Positions 36,806 to 50,630 of a stretch of DNA of 64,000 bases are shown here, piece after piece. Location of the stretch: contig CM052816.1 of the NCBI GenBank assembly GCA_028534125.1, positions 64,544,001 to 64,608,000 on the forward strand. Direction: 5' to 3'. Origin of the DNA: Lama glama (Eukaryota). Within the stretch, counting starts at the first letter, position 1. The number at the start of each line of letters is the position of its first letter. The notes beneath the pieces are model-generated. The model worked only from the letters and a program-made list of their open reading frames with translations. It was not told where the DNA came from and ran no database searches. The position numbers and the translations under genes are program-made.

Positions 36806-39800
36806 TAACAATTCTGCATTTTAAATAATAACTGATTTTTAACTTCTATTTGGATATTAGAGCTTTCTCATGAATTTTTCCATTATTTCAATATATAGTG
36901 AAGTCTAATCTTATGCTTTAAACTATACAATGAATGAAAAAATATGCCTTAAAATAATATTTGACAAACAGGAAAAAAAAAAAGTCTGAAGACATTCTTT
37001 TTATTTGTTTAGCATGTGAAGTAAGCCTATGAATACAATGACTATAAAATGAGATGATGACGATCTGAGGAGTTCTACCTCCAGGCTGAGACCCCTGGCG
37101 CAGGCCCATATCTTGTTCTTGACATCACAGTGAAAAGGAGAGAAGGGGCTGTTCTGCAGTTGAAAACAGAAGGTATAAAGACTAGTGTTTCTGGAAGTTT
37201 GGAACATTTCTAGATTTTCTGGGTATTCTTTTCATGTTTCCTCTTGCCTATGTACATTTTATGTTTTCAGTTTAAAAGAAATTCTTGAAAAATAAGGAAA
37301 AATAAGGGAACAGAGCTGTTCTTGTTCTCTTTCGTCTATTAAAAATATACCATTTTCTCAAGTAATGGGCTAAGCTTTTGAAATTTTTAAGCTCCAAATG
37401 TTTATAGCCTTTTGTGGCTACTTAATACTCATATTTAAACTATGAAATATTATCAAAGAAGAACATATTTGTTACCAACATATATCTACCCATCTAAGAA
37501 AAACCAAATGTATATACATATATTTATTCATACATAAAAGAAGACAGCCATTTTGTATCATTTGAGTTTTAAAAATCTCACCTCTTTGAGATTTAGTCTT
37601 TCTACTATTATGTTTTACTGACTTGAGCAACTGTCCTTGGCTCTGTGTTCCTTTCATAGCTTGAACATGCCACTTCGTTGAATTTTGCTGATTATGTGGG
37701 AACACATCAGGCCCCCTATCTTACTGCTATCCACATTTCTTGTGGCTATAGTTATACACATTTTTGTGCCTTTGCCCTTTTAAAACACTAGTGCTTTCCA
37801 TCTCTATCTCTTCATCAGGATTGGTAACAGATATATTGTCAGTAATTTTTTTTAGATCTTTCCATTCTTCTTGAAACATAAACAACTATTTTTCCTGCAG
37901 AGCTTTCTGAAGCCACCTCTTCTAATGTATGACTTAGAATATACATCTAAATCTCTATGGCACTGTTTTCCTTAGCGATCATAAACTCTAAAATTATATA
38001 CTGATTTCTCTCAAGTTTCTACTTTATTGGTCAATTTTCTCCTTAATGATCAGAATTAGGCCATGAATAATAGATGCCTCACTCTCCTGACAAAACAAAT
38101 GAGAACCTCAGCCACTGATTTATCATATGGAACAGGAGGGCGTGTGTGTGTGCATGTGCATGTATTTATTTATATATAGTTTTTCCTATAGACTTAAATA
38201 TAAAAGTGCTCGCTTCTTTTGTTTGTCAAACCTCTCCCTATTCCTTTTTTTGTGAGAAGCTTTAAGTCCTTCTAAGTGGTCTTCTTAGTATAGCTTTGGT
38301 TTATCCCTACGCTGAGCTTTAAAAATACATGTGAACCAAAACATCTTCCAAGAAAGAAATAATTCTAAGGAGAGTTTAAGATTATCATAGCCAGAATAGC
38401 ATGAATTTCTGTTGGACAAATACTGAAATAAATGTATTTTATATACAAGAGAATGTTCAATACTTATCATACAAGAAGTGGGCTAAGAAGTTCTAGGTTT
38501 ACTAATTGTAAGTACCATTAAATGACAATGTAAACAATTTTATGATAAAAATTAAATCTATATCACAAAATTGGTATCACATGGAATAGAAAAAACAGAT
38601 TTAAATCATGAGGGATAGTATATAATAAAGCCCCTACTGGAAAGGATAACCTTAATATTTTCCATTGTACTGTAATAACTTAATTAGATATTGGCATAGA
38701 TAGATGGCATAAAAAACCTATATTACTGTCTTCATATAATAATTAAGGTTCAAAAAAACCCTACATAAACCCAATTTCTTAGAAGTTATCTATGTGAAAA
38801 CATTATGGTTATCTGATGGTTGCTGAGAAGTAAAGAACTGATCATCCATAACCACAGCTCTCACACGAGTTGAAGTAGTTGGTAAGTATGACAGATACTA
38901 TAAAGGGGTCTAAACAAAACTAAGTTTAAAAGAGCAGTCAAGGAACTCACCAGAGGAGATGATGGTGATATTGTAGGCCAGCCAGGGAAAGGAGCTAAGG
39001 AGGTAAAGGAATGTTAGGGAAAGGATAACAGAACTAAAGAAGAAACGGGTGTTTGGTAGAAGCAGGTTCAGGGAAAATCTTAATGTTTTAAAATAAAAAG
39101 GTTATATTATATAAATTGCTTGGCCTTTTGCTGTAAGAGACCTCATCAGTTTTCTGGGGAATTAGAAGTAATCCCCAATATGCTTTCAAGTATTAAAAAA
39201 AAAAAAAAAGAAAGTAAAAGAGGAAGGAAGAGGAAAACAGAAGAAAATACTTGTTAAACTAAATATCACATATCTCTTACTTTTGAATTTAGATTTATTG
39301 GGATTTTAATATAATAAATTAAAAACACTTCACATTTTAAAAATGCTAAGAAAGAAAATGGTTAAGACAAAAAACTAACTGAAAAACATAATCAACAATT
39401 TTATACATAAAAAAATCCAAATTAAGAAGTTGATACTTCGAAAGAAGAGTGGTCAAATTAAATAATAAAATACAATAAAGGATCTAAGAGCTGAGGTCTG
39501 TTGGTGACAACAGAGCTTGGAAGAGTTTTATTCCAAGTCTCAGTTTCTGAACCACACCATGAATCTCTAACAAACAGCAGAAGAGTAGTATATACTCTGA
39601 TCACATTGAAATGATAAGAATAAATAAGATAGGAACAGGAAAACAGGGAATAGGAAGGCAAAACAAAATTGGCTACTCTGTATAAGGCAATTTCAGATCT
39701 AGTTTGAAGAGTTCATAAAGTTCCATATTTGTCATGCCATTCTGCTTATGTTTTCAAAACTCTATTTGTCAGAAGTTTCTTGGGTTAAGCAATATGCTTC

Positions 39801-40984
39801 CCTAACTACCTATCAAAGACAATACAGCATATCCGCTAAGACCACTATAAACACCTTATTACTATACAAAACCAAAGACCTTCATGCTTATCCTATATTA
39901 AAAACTTCAAGCACCATCTGGCTCTTTACACTTGTGAAGAGTGAATAATCTTTGAGACCCACCATTCAAAGGCATGATCTCAGTCAATCTGAACTTCGCC
40001 AGGATTTCATTTTCCCTTTTCTCTAGAGACCAGCTGCTAATGCAGACTACTTCTAGGGTCACTCAGCTCTTGCTGGATAGCCATAGTTCCCAGTTCCCAT
40101 AAAGAATAAATCAAGGCAGAAGCCAAAATATACTAGAAACATAACCTTCTGGAATAGGAAGCTGTGAAAAGAAGACAGGGCTAGCTGAGAGCAAAGGGGC
40201 ATTTCAACATTAAGGTTCTTAAATGAAGAGACTGGCTGAGACTAGAGATGTACTTTGTTTATACTGTAAATGTAAAAACAAGAGTACACTTTTATCTAGT
40301 AACAAACAGCTTGGCAAATGACAAACAGCTTTCTGCCTTGCCTGGCCTCTGTTCACTGGCGCACATCACATACTGGGGTGAAGACACTTGCCCAGTAAAG
40401 TGTCAACAATATTACTTCCAAAATTTCAGAGGATAGGCCTAGAACATGTATGTATGTGATTTCAGAGCCAGAAAAAAATGCATAGTAGCCAGCAACAATC
40501 TGACAAACACTGTCTTGATCATAGCAATATGCAACATAGGAAAAATGTGTGCTTAAATCCCCAATAAAAAGTGTCAAGGAAAGAGTATGTTTGACCTCTC
40601 AGGTAACAACTTTTAAATGTAATGAACTCTTACCTACATTGACAAAGAGAAACCAGTGGCACAGATAATTCAATAGGCTTGGCAACCATGTATCTCATAC
40701 ATTTGGTTTTGAAAGCAAGTATTCACCCAGACTGCACTCCTACAGTGTGCCAGGCCTTGTGTTACTGAAGTGTTGAGGGTCGCAGTGGGTGAAGACATAC
40801 ACTTAAACATTTATTAGACCCCAACATGATAAGATTGCTAAAAAGTGATCTGTACAGTTCTACAAGGGCACACTGTTTCATTGTTCCACAGTGCACACTT
40901 GGGGTACACACAAGCTGAGCATTAGGGAGACAGATGATTGACAGGTTAAAAACAGTCAGAGGTAATACACAAAACATAATACAA

Positions 40985-41560
40985 AATTACTCAGTGCTAG
41001 TAATGCTGTGGAGAAAAGGGATATTCACCCACATTGCTGTGAGAAATGTGAATTGCTAAGACTTTTTGGAAAGTACTCTGGTAATATTTATTAATAAAAA
41101 TTGGACATATTCTTTGCCACTGCAATGTCACCTTTGGGAATTTATCTTACAGATGTAAAAGTGTCTAGGAAAGGATAATTGTACAGGATGTTTACTGGAG
41201 CATTTTCAGTAGTAGTTAAAAAAACTGCGAGCAACTCCATTGTCCATCAATGTATTAATCAAAGGTTAAATAAGCTGCAGTATATCCATATTACGAAAAT
41301 ATAAATTTCAAAAAGAATTGCTTTTGTTCTGTACCTTCTGACCTAAGTAATGGCCATGATTTACTGTTGAGTAAGAAACACAAGTTCCAGGAATAGGTAA
41401 ATATAATGATTCCACTTTTATTAAAAAAAAAATACCCTCTCCAAAAAAACTTACTTGTACGTATTTGTAAATAAATATACTGATGGAACTCCAGAAGCAT
41501 AACTCTAGACTACTAATGTTGAGTGTGACTGGAGGATGGTAACGAGGGAAAAACAAACAC
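40985..41560 (+). mobile_element. Old L1ME-type 3' end
   Basis: GCTGTGGAGAAAAGGG...ACATTGCTGTGAGAAATGTGAATTG...TTTGGGAATTTATCTTACAGA...GGATGTTTACTGGAGCATT. Confidence 0.7.
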
Positions 41561-41659
41561 TCATACAGCAAAATCGGGGGGGAATGTTCATGGGGGAATG
41601 TTCATGCTATATAAAGTAAAGGGAAAGTATGTAGAATTCCAAAATATTACACTCTCCCT

Positions 41660-41980
41660 CAGGTGTCTTCTTTACTCAGGTCTCTTTCCAAATGGCACAT
41701 CCTCAGAAAGATCCTTTTGGAATTTTCTGTCTAAATAGTCACCACACCCTCATTCTGTCACATGCTAGTCCCTTAATCTTGCTTTATAGCTTTTCATATT
41801 CTTGCGTGACATTATATTATATATGCATTTATTTACTGTCTCTCTCCCACTAAAGTGTAAACTCGATGAAGGTGGAAAAGGGGGTTTTGTGTTGTTTACT
41901 ATTGTGTTCCCAACACCTAAAATAGTCTCTGTGACATAGATATTAGTCAATAAATGATTGTCGAATAAAGAAAGAAAGAA
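41660..41980 (+). mobile_element. L2 3' end
   Basis: TTCCCAACACCTAAAATAGTCTCTGTGACATAG...TCAATAAATGATTGTCGAATAAAGAAAG. Confidence 0.8.
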
Positions 41981-44594
41981 TAAATTTTATCTCATGTATA
42001 AAAACTAAAAATACACATAAGCAGAAGCAAGAAACTAAAAGAGCAAAGATATTGATTTGATTGGACGATGTAATTGATAGCAACTTAAAACAAAGAAAAA
42101 GGTGACTTTTAATAATCAATTAAATCAGTTAAGCTCATATGTTTTGGAATATTGAATACTGTAAATTCTCAAATGGGTAGGCAAGGAGGAAGAGAAAGTA
42201 AGAAATAAGGGGAAGTCTAGGTTGAATGGATGACTCCAAATGTATATGCCTGAGTAATACTAGGAAGAAAAAGCACAAATGAGAAAGTAGTTTTTTCCAA
42301 ATACTTGTAAACTCTATATGCTAGACACAGTGGTACTTTTCTCATAAAATAGTATTGCTTTGGTATGTAAACTAATGTACAAGAAGTAAAAATATATTTA
42401 AATGGCAGATTCTGGTATTAACACAGAGAGAGTAAAACAATAGCTAGTAATGTCAAAAAAAAAAAAAAAAAGGCAAGCCTTCATAAATTCCTAGCAGAAT
42501 AAGCACACTTTTGTTATCTAATCTGAAGATACTTTTTTAACACATAAAGCAAATTCTGAAAAATGTCCATGGGTATATTCTAAACACAAATATCAGAAAT
42601 GTATACTGTTCTCCTCAAATTAAAGATTTACAATATAAATATATTAGATGCTCTCAAATATAATTAAATATAACAAAACTAATGCAATCCGTTTTTATAT
42701 TATACTCTTAAATAATCTAGTACGTAAAAAACGAAGGCTAATAATTATACATATATTTTCTGAGGGATAGTCTTACCTTTATGTTTAGATTATATAATTT
42801 TAAACAAAATGTAACTGTTTTCACAGTAAGAATACTATTTTTACATACAGTTACACAAATACTAATTTTCAAATAAAGCCATCTGAGGGCATCCTGTTGT
42901 AGTTAAAGCACACACTGTCCACAGAGACAAAGAACTCTGCAGGAACAATGAACACATTCTTAAGTCTTTTAGTTCACCTACAAACCATGAATATTTAAAA
43001 ATCTTGTACAATATGAAATCTCCACCAGATAAGCATTAAACAAAAGAAATAACTTTTTGTCAATTTTGCTTAAAAAAAATAACACTTTAAAATGAGAATG
43101 AAATAATTTCCTTGAAAAGGCAACTTGTTATCTGTGATTGTTACTTGGCTGTCTGTTCAAAAATTTTTTTAATATTTAAAATAATGAGACGGTATTCTCA
43201 AAAAGTGAGTTGTATGTTACTTGTAAGAACATGAAATGATTTTTTAATCCCATAAAAAACAAGCTTGTCCTCTGTTCCTACAATACTCATCTTTTATCTT
43301 GAAAGGCTCTATGAAAATAACCTACACAATAAAATCTTCTATAACTTCAAGAACTACCTTATTTTTCCTGTTTAAATAGTAAAGATGAATACACTGACTT
43401 TCAGGTACATATTACGTTTTCTACATATGACTAAACATACATTTAGATATCAAATGTAGACATATTTAGTTAAAATCAATTAAACTGAGAGGTCCTTTCC
43501 TTCTGGCTGTCCATATTTTTCTTTAATCCTGGTCAGTGTAAACCCTTATTACCAGTAATTTGCCACTATAACACCGAGGGAAAATGCTAGCCTCACAATT
43601 TTTGTCATTTCTCCCCCCTCCCTTTCCCTGCAGGCTGCTACTGTTGATGGCCTTTATGGAAATATAAATTCAATCAGCAGCTGCAAATTTCATGAGACGT
43701 CCATCTTCATGCTGAATTTCTAACTGAGTGTCAAAACAATCTGTGGATTTCTCCCTGATGAAACACACATTGAATTGTAAATTTCTGCAATTTCCTCATG
43801 TTTGAATTTCAGCTGCAGCAAAATAGTGCTAGCCCAGATACACTGCCTATCAGGCTGAAATAACTAATTTTCTCTTCTTAGTCCTTCAAGCTAGTTAGAG
43901 TTAAATATTTTTTAAAAGCCATGAAAACAAAATATTTCCTCCCAAATTAAACAATTAAATTTCCTATACAATTATAGGAAAATGAGGATATAAAAACCAT
44001 TAATATATTTTATATGTTTGAAAAGGTTTTTTTCCTCAGGAGACTTACTTGTTCTGCATGGTTGTCTTTTTCTTTCTTTCCACTGTATTTGGTGGTAAAT
44101 AATGCTATGAGCTTTGATAAAATATATCTATGTACAATGAATGACAAGATAGTACATAAATGAAATGTAGTTATAAAATAATTACTAGTAACTTAAAGTT
44201 TAATGAGATATATTTTCATTAAATATTTTCAGCAAATATTAAAACAAAGAATTGTAATAGCTAGACTAGGCATTCTTCTTGATATATACTACCAATTGAG
44301 TTTAATTTTTTTCACCAAAGAATCATTTTAAACTGACTAGCTAATTAGAATTGCTTTTAAATAACGAGGAGCCTATATTATTTTACAACTAAATAAACAA
44401 AAATATTATGTTTAAAAAAGATACCTTAAGCAACTCATTAGTGCCTCACATTCTGAGAGAGCAATGTCTTGTTCTTTCAGACATCTTTTCATTAATGTAA
44501 CTAACAAAATAATTCACAACCCTATTTAAAAATTCAACAAGACATTGCAGTAAGCAAACTTTATGTGTGGTCTGTAAAACAAGTAATGAAATGA

Positions 44595-45170
44595 CAATCA
44601 TTCATTCTTTCAACATTTACTGAATATCTCCTATGTGCCAGGTAATTTTTACCAGGCCATGGGGACACAGAGATATGCAGAACAGTCCTTTACCTCAGGA
44701 GGTTAGTCTAGTTGAAAGAGAAGATTATTATTTATTAAAACACACTGAAATAAGAGTTATAAACTGGTACATGAAGAGAGGAAAATTCAGGAGAGCACTG
44801 AGAGAGACAACTATCTCATAAGCGGTTATGGAAGCTTTCAGAAACAGTCATAGTTTCTAAGGACATATGGGAGTCAGCCAGGAGAGAAACAGAAGTAAGA
44901 CACATTCCAGCCAGAGGGCAGAATATAATAAAAACAAACAAACAAACAAACATGGAAGCATGAAATAGCATAGTGCCTTTGGAAAACTGTTAGTAATTGG
45001 AGGTAGAGAGCAGGGCTGATACGTGAAGTGGTAAAACAGGGTAGGGTAGAATAAGGTCATGAAGAGCTATGAATGTCATGTTAAAGTATTTATTTAAACA
45101 TTATGCAGAAGGCAGTGGGGGTCTCCTGAAGGATTTTAAACAGGGGTATAACAATAATGAATGGTATTTC
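44595..45170 (-). mobile_element. L2 3' region
   Basis: CATTCATTCTTTCAACATTTACTGAATATCTCCTATGTGCCAGG...CATTCCAGCCAGAGGG...GAAGGATTTTAAACAGGGG. Confidence 0.8.
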
Positions 45171-45189
45171 TCAAAGGGATATAAAAGTT

Positions 45190-45450
45190 AAAGTATAATG
45201 ATTAAGAATACAGACCTCTGGAGACAGACTCAGTTCAAATTCAGCTCTGCTACCTGCTGGCCATATGATTTCAGTCAAGTTACTTTCTCTATGTCTCAAT
45301 TACCTCATCAGCAAAACAGTGGTAAATTACTGTTAGAATTAGAATTTAGTAATTAGAATTAGAATTAAATTAATAATTCTAAATACGATAAGATTAGCAT
45401 GAGAATTAAGTGGCTTTTATGTATTTGAAGCTGTTATTATCATCACCATT
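45190..45450 (+). mobile_element. MIR SINE
   Basis: ATTAAGAATACAGACCTCTGGAGACAGAC...CAAGTTACTTTCTCTATGTCTCAATTACCTCATCAGCAAAA. Confidence 0.75.
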
Positions 45451-47185
45451 TTATAGTTTGACAGGATCTTTAGGTCTAACTCTAATATTCAAGAGTCTCA
45501 AAGCCAATTAGTAATCTAATTAAAATCATCAGGAACACTATTTGGTACAAACTACATATCAACTTATTTTCTCTTAGAAAACATTTATTGAATATTTATG
45601 TATAGACACTTACAGAAAAAATTTTAAAAAACACCACTAGAAGAAAAAAAGTTATAATAATTTTAAAATACATTTAAAAAAATATTAATATAGAAAATCA
45701 ATCAACATTCTTAAAACATGAAAACATTAGGATTCAATCAAATTTTCTTCACATTAAAAAAAAAATACAGACAATTCTTATAACATGGTAGTCCAAGCTG
45801 ATACGTGGGGGCTTCCTTCCTGCTACAAACATATATAAGTGATGGATAAAATATTTGAAAAATAATACATTGCTAACAATTAAAAAATTAAAGAAAGGGA
45901 AGTTCCTCAAGTACTGAAAACAGACATCAAAGCCAGAGCTCTAAGGTTGAGATGAGAGGGTTTCAGATTCAGCTCTAGGTCCTAAGGGCTGAGGGCCTGG
46001 ATATATAGTTTGAAAATCTCCTGTGAAGTGAGGTGGTGAGAAGGAGAGGAGACCTAAGTTTCTGTGACATCTGCATAAAACAGCACCAAAGAGCTGTGCT
46101 ACTCATGAAAAAGTATAAAAAAAACTCTGCCTCATAACTTTGAGAAGGAGTAAAGGAGCCAGTCATTAGTTTGAGGCCTTGGATGAAGAGGGAAAAAGTT
46201 ACCAGTAAGAAATCAAAAACTCCAGAGGAGTATCACATGTCTGTGAGCATTTCAAATTTATACAACTACATAGAGTGAATATTATAAATTTAAAAATAAC
46301 ATAAAATCTAGCTAGATCTCTGAAATCTTTAAGGGTCCAGAAGACATAAGTGTAAAGAACCCCACAGGGATACTCCTATACTACACTAGATATCCACAGG
46401 AGAAATAATCCTTACTAAAGATGAGCTCATAATAAAAAATTACAACTTGAAGAAGCCACCATGAGGTGAGAGTTTCTGCTGGTGAAATAAAGAAACAAAA
46501 AAGCCTCCAAAAACTACAAATAGAATAATGTGAAGATGACTGAAACAGTAAGAATGTTTACAGATTTTAAAAAGAAGAGAAAAAACAATGAAAAAACTGG
46601 TCATAAGGAAAAAGAACTAAAATATTTTTAAAAGAACCAAAGAGAAACATAATGAATAAACAATCATTGATTAAAAAAATAAAAACTTAAGGGATACAGA
46701 GGATAGAAGACAAACCATATCTCTAATAGTCATTTCAGAATGAAATGCTGGAAAAAAGGGGGAGAAGGATGCAATATTAAAAAGATAATAGCTGACAGTT
46801 TCCAAAACTAATGAGCCATATAAGCCCCTTCCAAGATCCAGGAATGACAAAATCAGAAGTAATAAGAAATCTATACCTCAATAAACTATAATGAAAACAT
46901 AGAACATCAAAGACAAAGAAAGGATCTTAAGAACAATCAGAAAAAAGGGGCAGGGTTAGACATGCTAACCAAGAATTCTTAACCCAGCTAGACCATCACT
47001 CCAGTTTGAGGGCAAAATGAAGACATTTTCAGAAAAATGAAAATTGAGACTTTATTTCCCACAGACTCACAGGAAAGAACCTTTAAAGAAAGATAACTGA
47101 ACAAGAAAGGAAAGTGAAATGCAAGAATAAACTATGTGAACAGATACTGGCAAACATTTTGGTAAAGCTAAATAAGCAGAGAATC

Positions 47186-47247
47186 TTTTTTTTTTAATTG
47201 AAGTATAGTCAATTTACAACGTTGTGTCAATTTCTGGTGTACAGCGT
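47186..47247 (-). mobile_element. Very short (~62 bp) L1 3' tail insertion
   Basis: Reverse complement matches the last ~60 nt of the L1 at 9150-10566; TSD AAGCAGAGAATC (47174-47185) / AGGCACAGAATC (47249-47260). Confidence 0.8.
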
Positions 47248-47298
47248 AAGGCACAGAATCACAACAAGAGTACTAATGAAACTGAGTAATCTGGAGAG

Positions 47299-47684
47299 TG
47301 TGATGGTTAATTTTAATGTGTCAATGTGACTAGCCATGGTGTCCAGGTATTTGGTCATTCTCAATATTTTGGTGAAGGTACATTTTGGATGAGGTTAACA
47401 TTTAAATTGGTAGAATTTGAACAAAGCAGATTATTTTCCAAAATATGAGTGAACCTCATCCAACGAGTTGAAGACATAATAAAGACTGACTCCACCCAAA
47501 AGCAAGAAGAAATTCTGCCAACAGACTGCCTTTGGATTTGAACTGTAATTTATCCCTGGGTCTCCAGCTTGCTGGCCTCTGCAGATTTTGGATTTACTGA
47601 GCATTCACAACTATATGAACCAATTCCTTAAAATAAATCTCTCTCTTGTTGGTTCTGTTTCTCTGGATAACCCTGTTTAATATG
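47299..47684 (+). mobile_element. ERVL MLT2 solo LTR
   Basis: TGTGATGGTTAATTTTAATGTGTCAA...TTGGTTCTGTTTCTCTGGATAACCCTG; flanks GAGAG/GAGGG (4 of 5 match). Confidence 0.88.
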
Positions 47685-48652
47685 GAGGGCATTTAAAAAC
47701 TAAGGGAAACAAAAATGCTAGAGAATACAAGGAAGGTGCAAAAGAGGATGGTATTCAAAGGTGAAATTACAAGGTCTTTATTTTATTTTGAAGAAGCTCA
47801 AAAGACATATTAACTTCAGACTCTGTTAAGTCAAACATGCATGTTATACACCTAATAGTACACTGAGGAAGAGAAATAGAATGTACAACATCCAGAACAG
47901 TAAAAGGGGAAAGGTTAGGGAGGGGAAGTAACTTGGAAAAATATGTCTATCAGAGAGAGTTGGTAAAGATATAAGAAAGTAAAAGCATGATTAAGAGAAA
48001 AATGAATAAGAAGTCCAAATTTATCATAAAATATAAAATAATGACTAGGCTGCATTCACATATTAAAAGACTGAAAAAAATCTCAGAACATCTAAAACTA
48101 TTCATATGTTGTTTAAAAGATATTTACCTAAAACATTAAAACATAGAAAAAAGGGGGAAAAAGGATAAAGAAAAGATATACCAGATAAATATTATCCAAA
48201 ATAAAGCCAGTATAGGCAGAATTAACATAGACAAAAGCATTAATGGATTTTGAAAGGGCCATTACTTAATGATACAAGGGAAAATTTACTGGAATGTAAA
48301 ACAACCCTGAAGTAAACATACCTGCCAACATTGTCTCAAGATACATAAAGCAAAAATTGATAGACTATAAGCTGACTGTGCTAATATTGAAAAAAATTGG
48401 GAAATCTTAACATACTTCTCCCGTAATCCACTAAAGAAATAATAATCAGTAAAGCTTCAGAAAATTTGGACACATATATAACAAGCTTGATCTTGTAAAT
48501 ATGCTCTTGTAGAAAACTACATATCCACAACTAGGTTCTTTTTAAGCACGTATGGAATCTTAATAAAATTTAATGATGCACTAGGCTACAAAGACAGTCT
48601 CAGCAAATGCCAAAGAGAATATGTCACATGAATATACTCTAAACACAGTGCC

Positions 48653-49141
48653 TGTGATAAGCAGAACAGTGCTCCCAGGGTAGATGTCCATGTACTAACC
48701 TCTGGAATCTGTTACCTTATATGGCAAAAAGGACTTGTGGGTGTGACTAAATTAAGAGCTTTGAGATGGGGAGATTATCCTAGATTACCTGGAAGATTCA
48801 ATGTAATCACAAGGGTGATAAGGATGCAGGAGGGTCAGAGTAAGAGAAGAAGATATGAGGACAGAAGCAGAGGTGTAAGGATCAGAGAGAGATATTAAGA
48901 TGGAGGAAGGAGTCACAGGCCAAGAAATGCAGATGATTACTAAACACCAAAAAAAAGCAAGAAAACAGATTCTTCCCTAGAGCCACCAGAAGGAACACTG
49001 TCCTGCTAACATCTTGATTTTATTCCAGAGAGACTGATTTTGGACTTCTGACCTTCAGAACTGTAAGAAAATAAATCTGTATTGTTTTAAAGCCACCAAA
49101 GTTGTAGTAATTTGTTACAGCAGCAATAGGAAATTAACACT
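48653..49141 (+). mobile_element. MaLR MLT1D-like solo LTR
   Basis: TGTTACCTTATATGGCAAAAAGGACTT...TTTGAGATGGGGAGATTATCC...TTTGTTACAGCAGCAATAGGAAA; 5-bp TSD GTGCC at 48648-48652 and 49142-49146. Confidence 0.9.
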
Positions 49142-49230
49142 GTGCCAAAAAGTTAGAAATGAGGTATCAGCAATAGAAAGAGCACCAAACTAAGTGTCCT
49201 AATACATTTGAGAACTTCAAAAAAAAAAAG

Positions 49231-49330
49231 NNNNNNNNNNNNNNNNNNNNNNNNNNNNNNNNNNNNNNNNNNNNNNNNNNNNNNNNNNNNNNNNNNNNNN
49301 NNNNNNNNNNNNNNNNNNNNNNNNNNNNNN
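49231..49330. other. Assembly gap (100 N)
   Basis: Run of N. Confidence 1.
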
Positions 49331-50489
49331 CAGTTAAAACTATCAGACAAGCACAGTATAATGCACCAAGTATTGAGAGATGTATCCAAATCATTATTTT
49401 TAGAAAAATGTATAGCCTTAAATGTTTATATCAAAAAACAAAAAAGCTAAAAATTGATGATCTAAAATTTAATTTAAGAAATTATAAAAATAACACCAGC
49501 AGGAGGGAAAAACAAAAAGAAGGTAATAAATGACATAACAAGAACAGAACTAATGTTTAATGAAATACAAAATAAATAAGCAATAAGAAACTATAAAATT
49601 GAAAGGTGGGTCTCCAAAAAATTATAGACAAATTTTGTATTAATTAGTCAAGTTTTAAGAGGGGTGGTATAAATAAACAATTTTAAATACATACAAATAT
49701 GTGTAAAAATATAAGAAAATATTATAAACAATTTCATGCCAAAACCTTTGAAAACTTAAACTGAACAATTTTCCAAAATACATAAATTATAAGAATGGAT
49801 CAAAAAAGAATCAGAAGAACTAAATAAAACCTGCAACTACTAAAGAAATTAAATTCATTGTCAAAAATCTGCTTGTAAAAAACACCAATGAGCTCAGAAA
49901 GTCTAACAGGTATATTTTCCAGGACACACAGGAACAAGTAACCCTTTCTCATACAATCTGTTCTAAGGAAGACAGAAAGAGGAAAAACGCTTCAGTTCTT
50001 TTTAAGAGGCTAGCATAACACGATACCAAAACTATAGGAGGCCAGTACAAGAAAGGAAAAATAAAGCGAATCTCATTTATAACAGTCTATGTAAAAATCA
50101 CTTATTTAAAAAATACATATATGTGTATCTCAGCTGGACATTTTTAAAAAGTTATATTTTATTTAGCCCTACTAAATTTTTCGTAGTGGAAGAGATGTTC
50201 AGGTTTTCGTCTGTCTTACTGCGGAAAAAGAAGTCTTTCAAAGATATTTTAAAGTTCTCCTTACTCTGTTATAAACTTCTTGAAGTACACTGCACTTTTA
50301 AAGAATATTTCTTAATACTCTACTTGCAAAGAAGGAAAAGGGTGGTAGTTTAGGATGAACTGGTTATCCCTCACCATCAACCCTCCAGGAAAAAGAAAGG
50401 AACAGAAAATGAAGAGTGAGATAGAGCAGGGGAAGAAGCAGAGGCAGGACAAGTAAGGGGAAAGGGGAAGAGAAGGAAAAGAGGAGGAA

Positions 50490-50630
50490 GATAGACTAGC
50501 AGCTAATAGTTACATAGCACATACTTTGTGCCAGAAATTTCTTTAAATGCTAACAAATGTACTTACCAAAACTCCAAAATAACACTATGGTGATTCATAC
50601 TATTATTACCCACATCATACAGAGAAAGAA
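50490..50630 (-). mobile_element. MIR fragment
   Basis: AGCAGCTAATAGTTACATAGCACATACTTTGTGCCAG...TACTATTATTACCCACATCATACAGAG. Confidence 0.65.

Larger units (their letters stand above)
45800..50100 (+). mobile_element. Old degenerate L1 (5' region, ORF1-like and ORF2 N-terminal remnants) carrying nested insertions
   Basis: A-rich; 49990-50100 resembles decayed ORF2 motifs NSFYEASITLIPK and KENYRPISLMNIDAKIL; ORF1-end-like stretch GAGGGCAAAATGAAGACATTTTCAGA near 47010. Confidence 0.7.

Noticed and set aside
37054..37090. ATGATGA...CTGA...CTGA resembling a C/D box snoRNA
   Set aside because: Only ~35 nt from C box to last D box and no terminal stem; too short.
38944..39050. Minus-strand donor and acceptor pair
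   Set aside because: It lies in an L2-like remnant whose purine richness mimics a pyrimidine tract on the other strand.
44049..44127. Minus-strand GTAAGT donor with open frames upstream
   Set aside because: The acceptor is weak and the peptides are unrecognisable; no further support.
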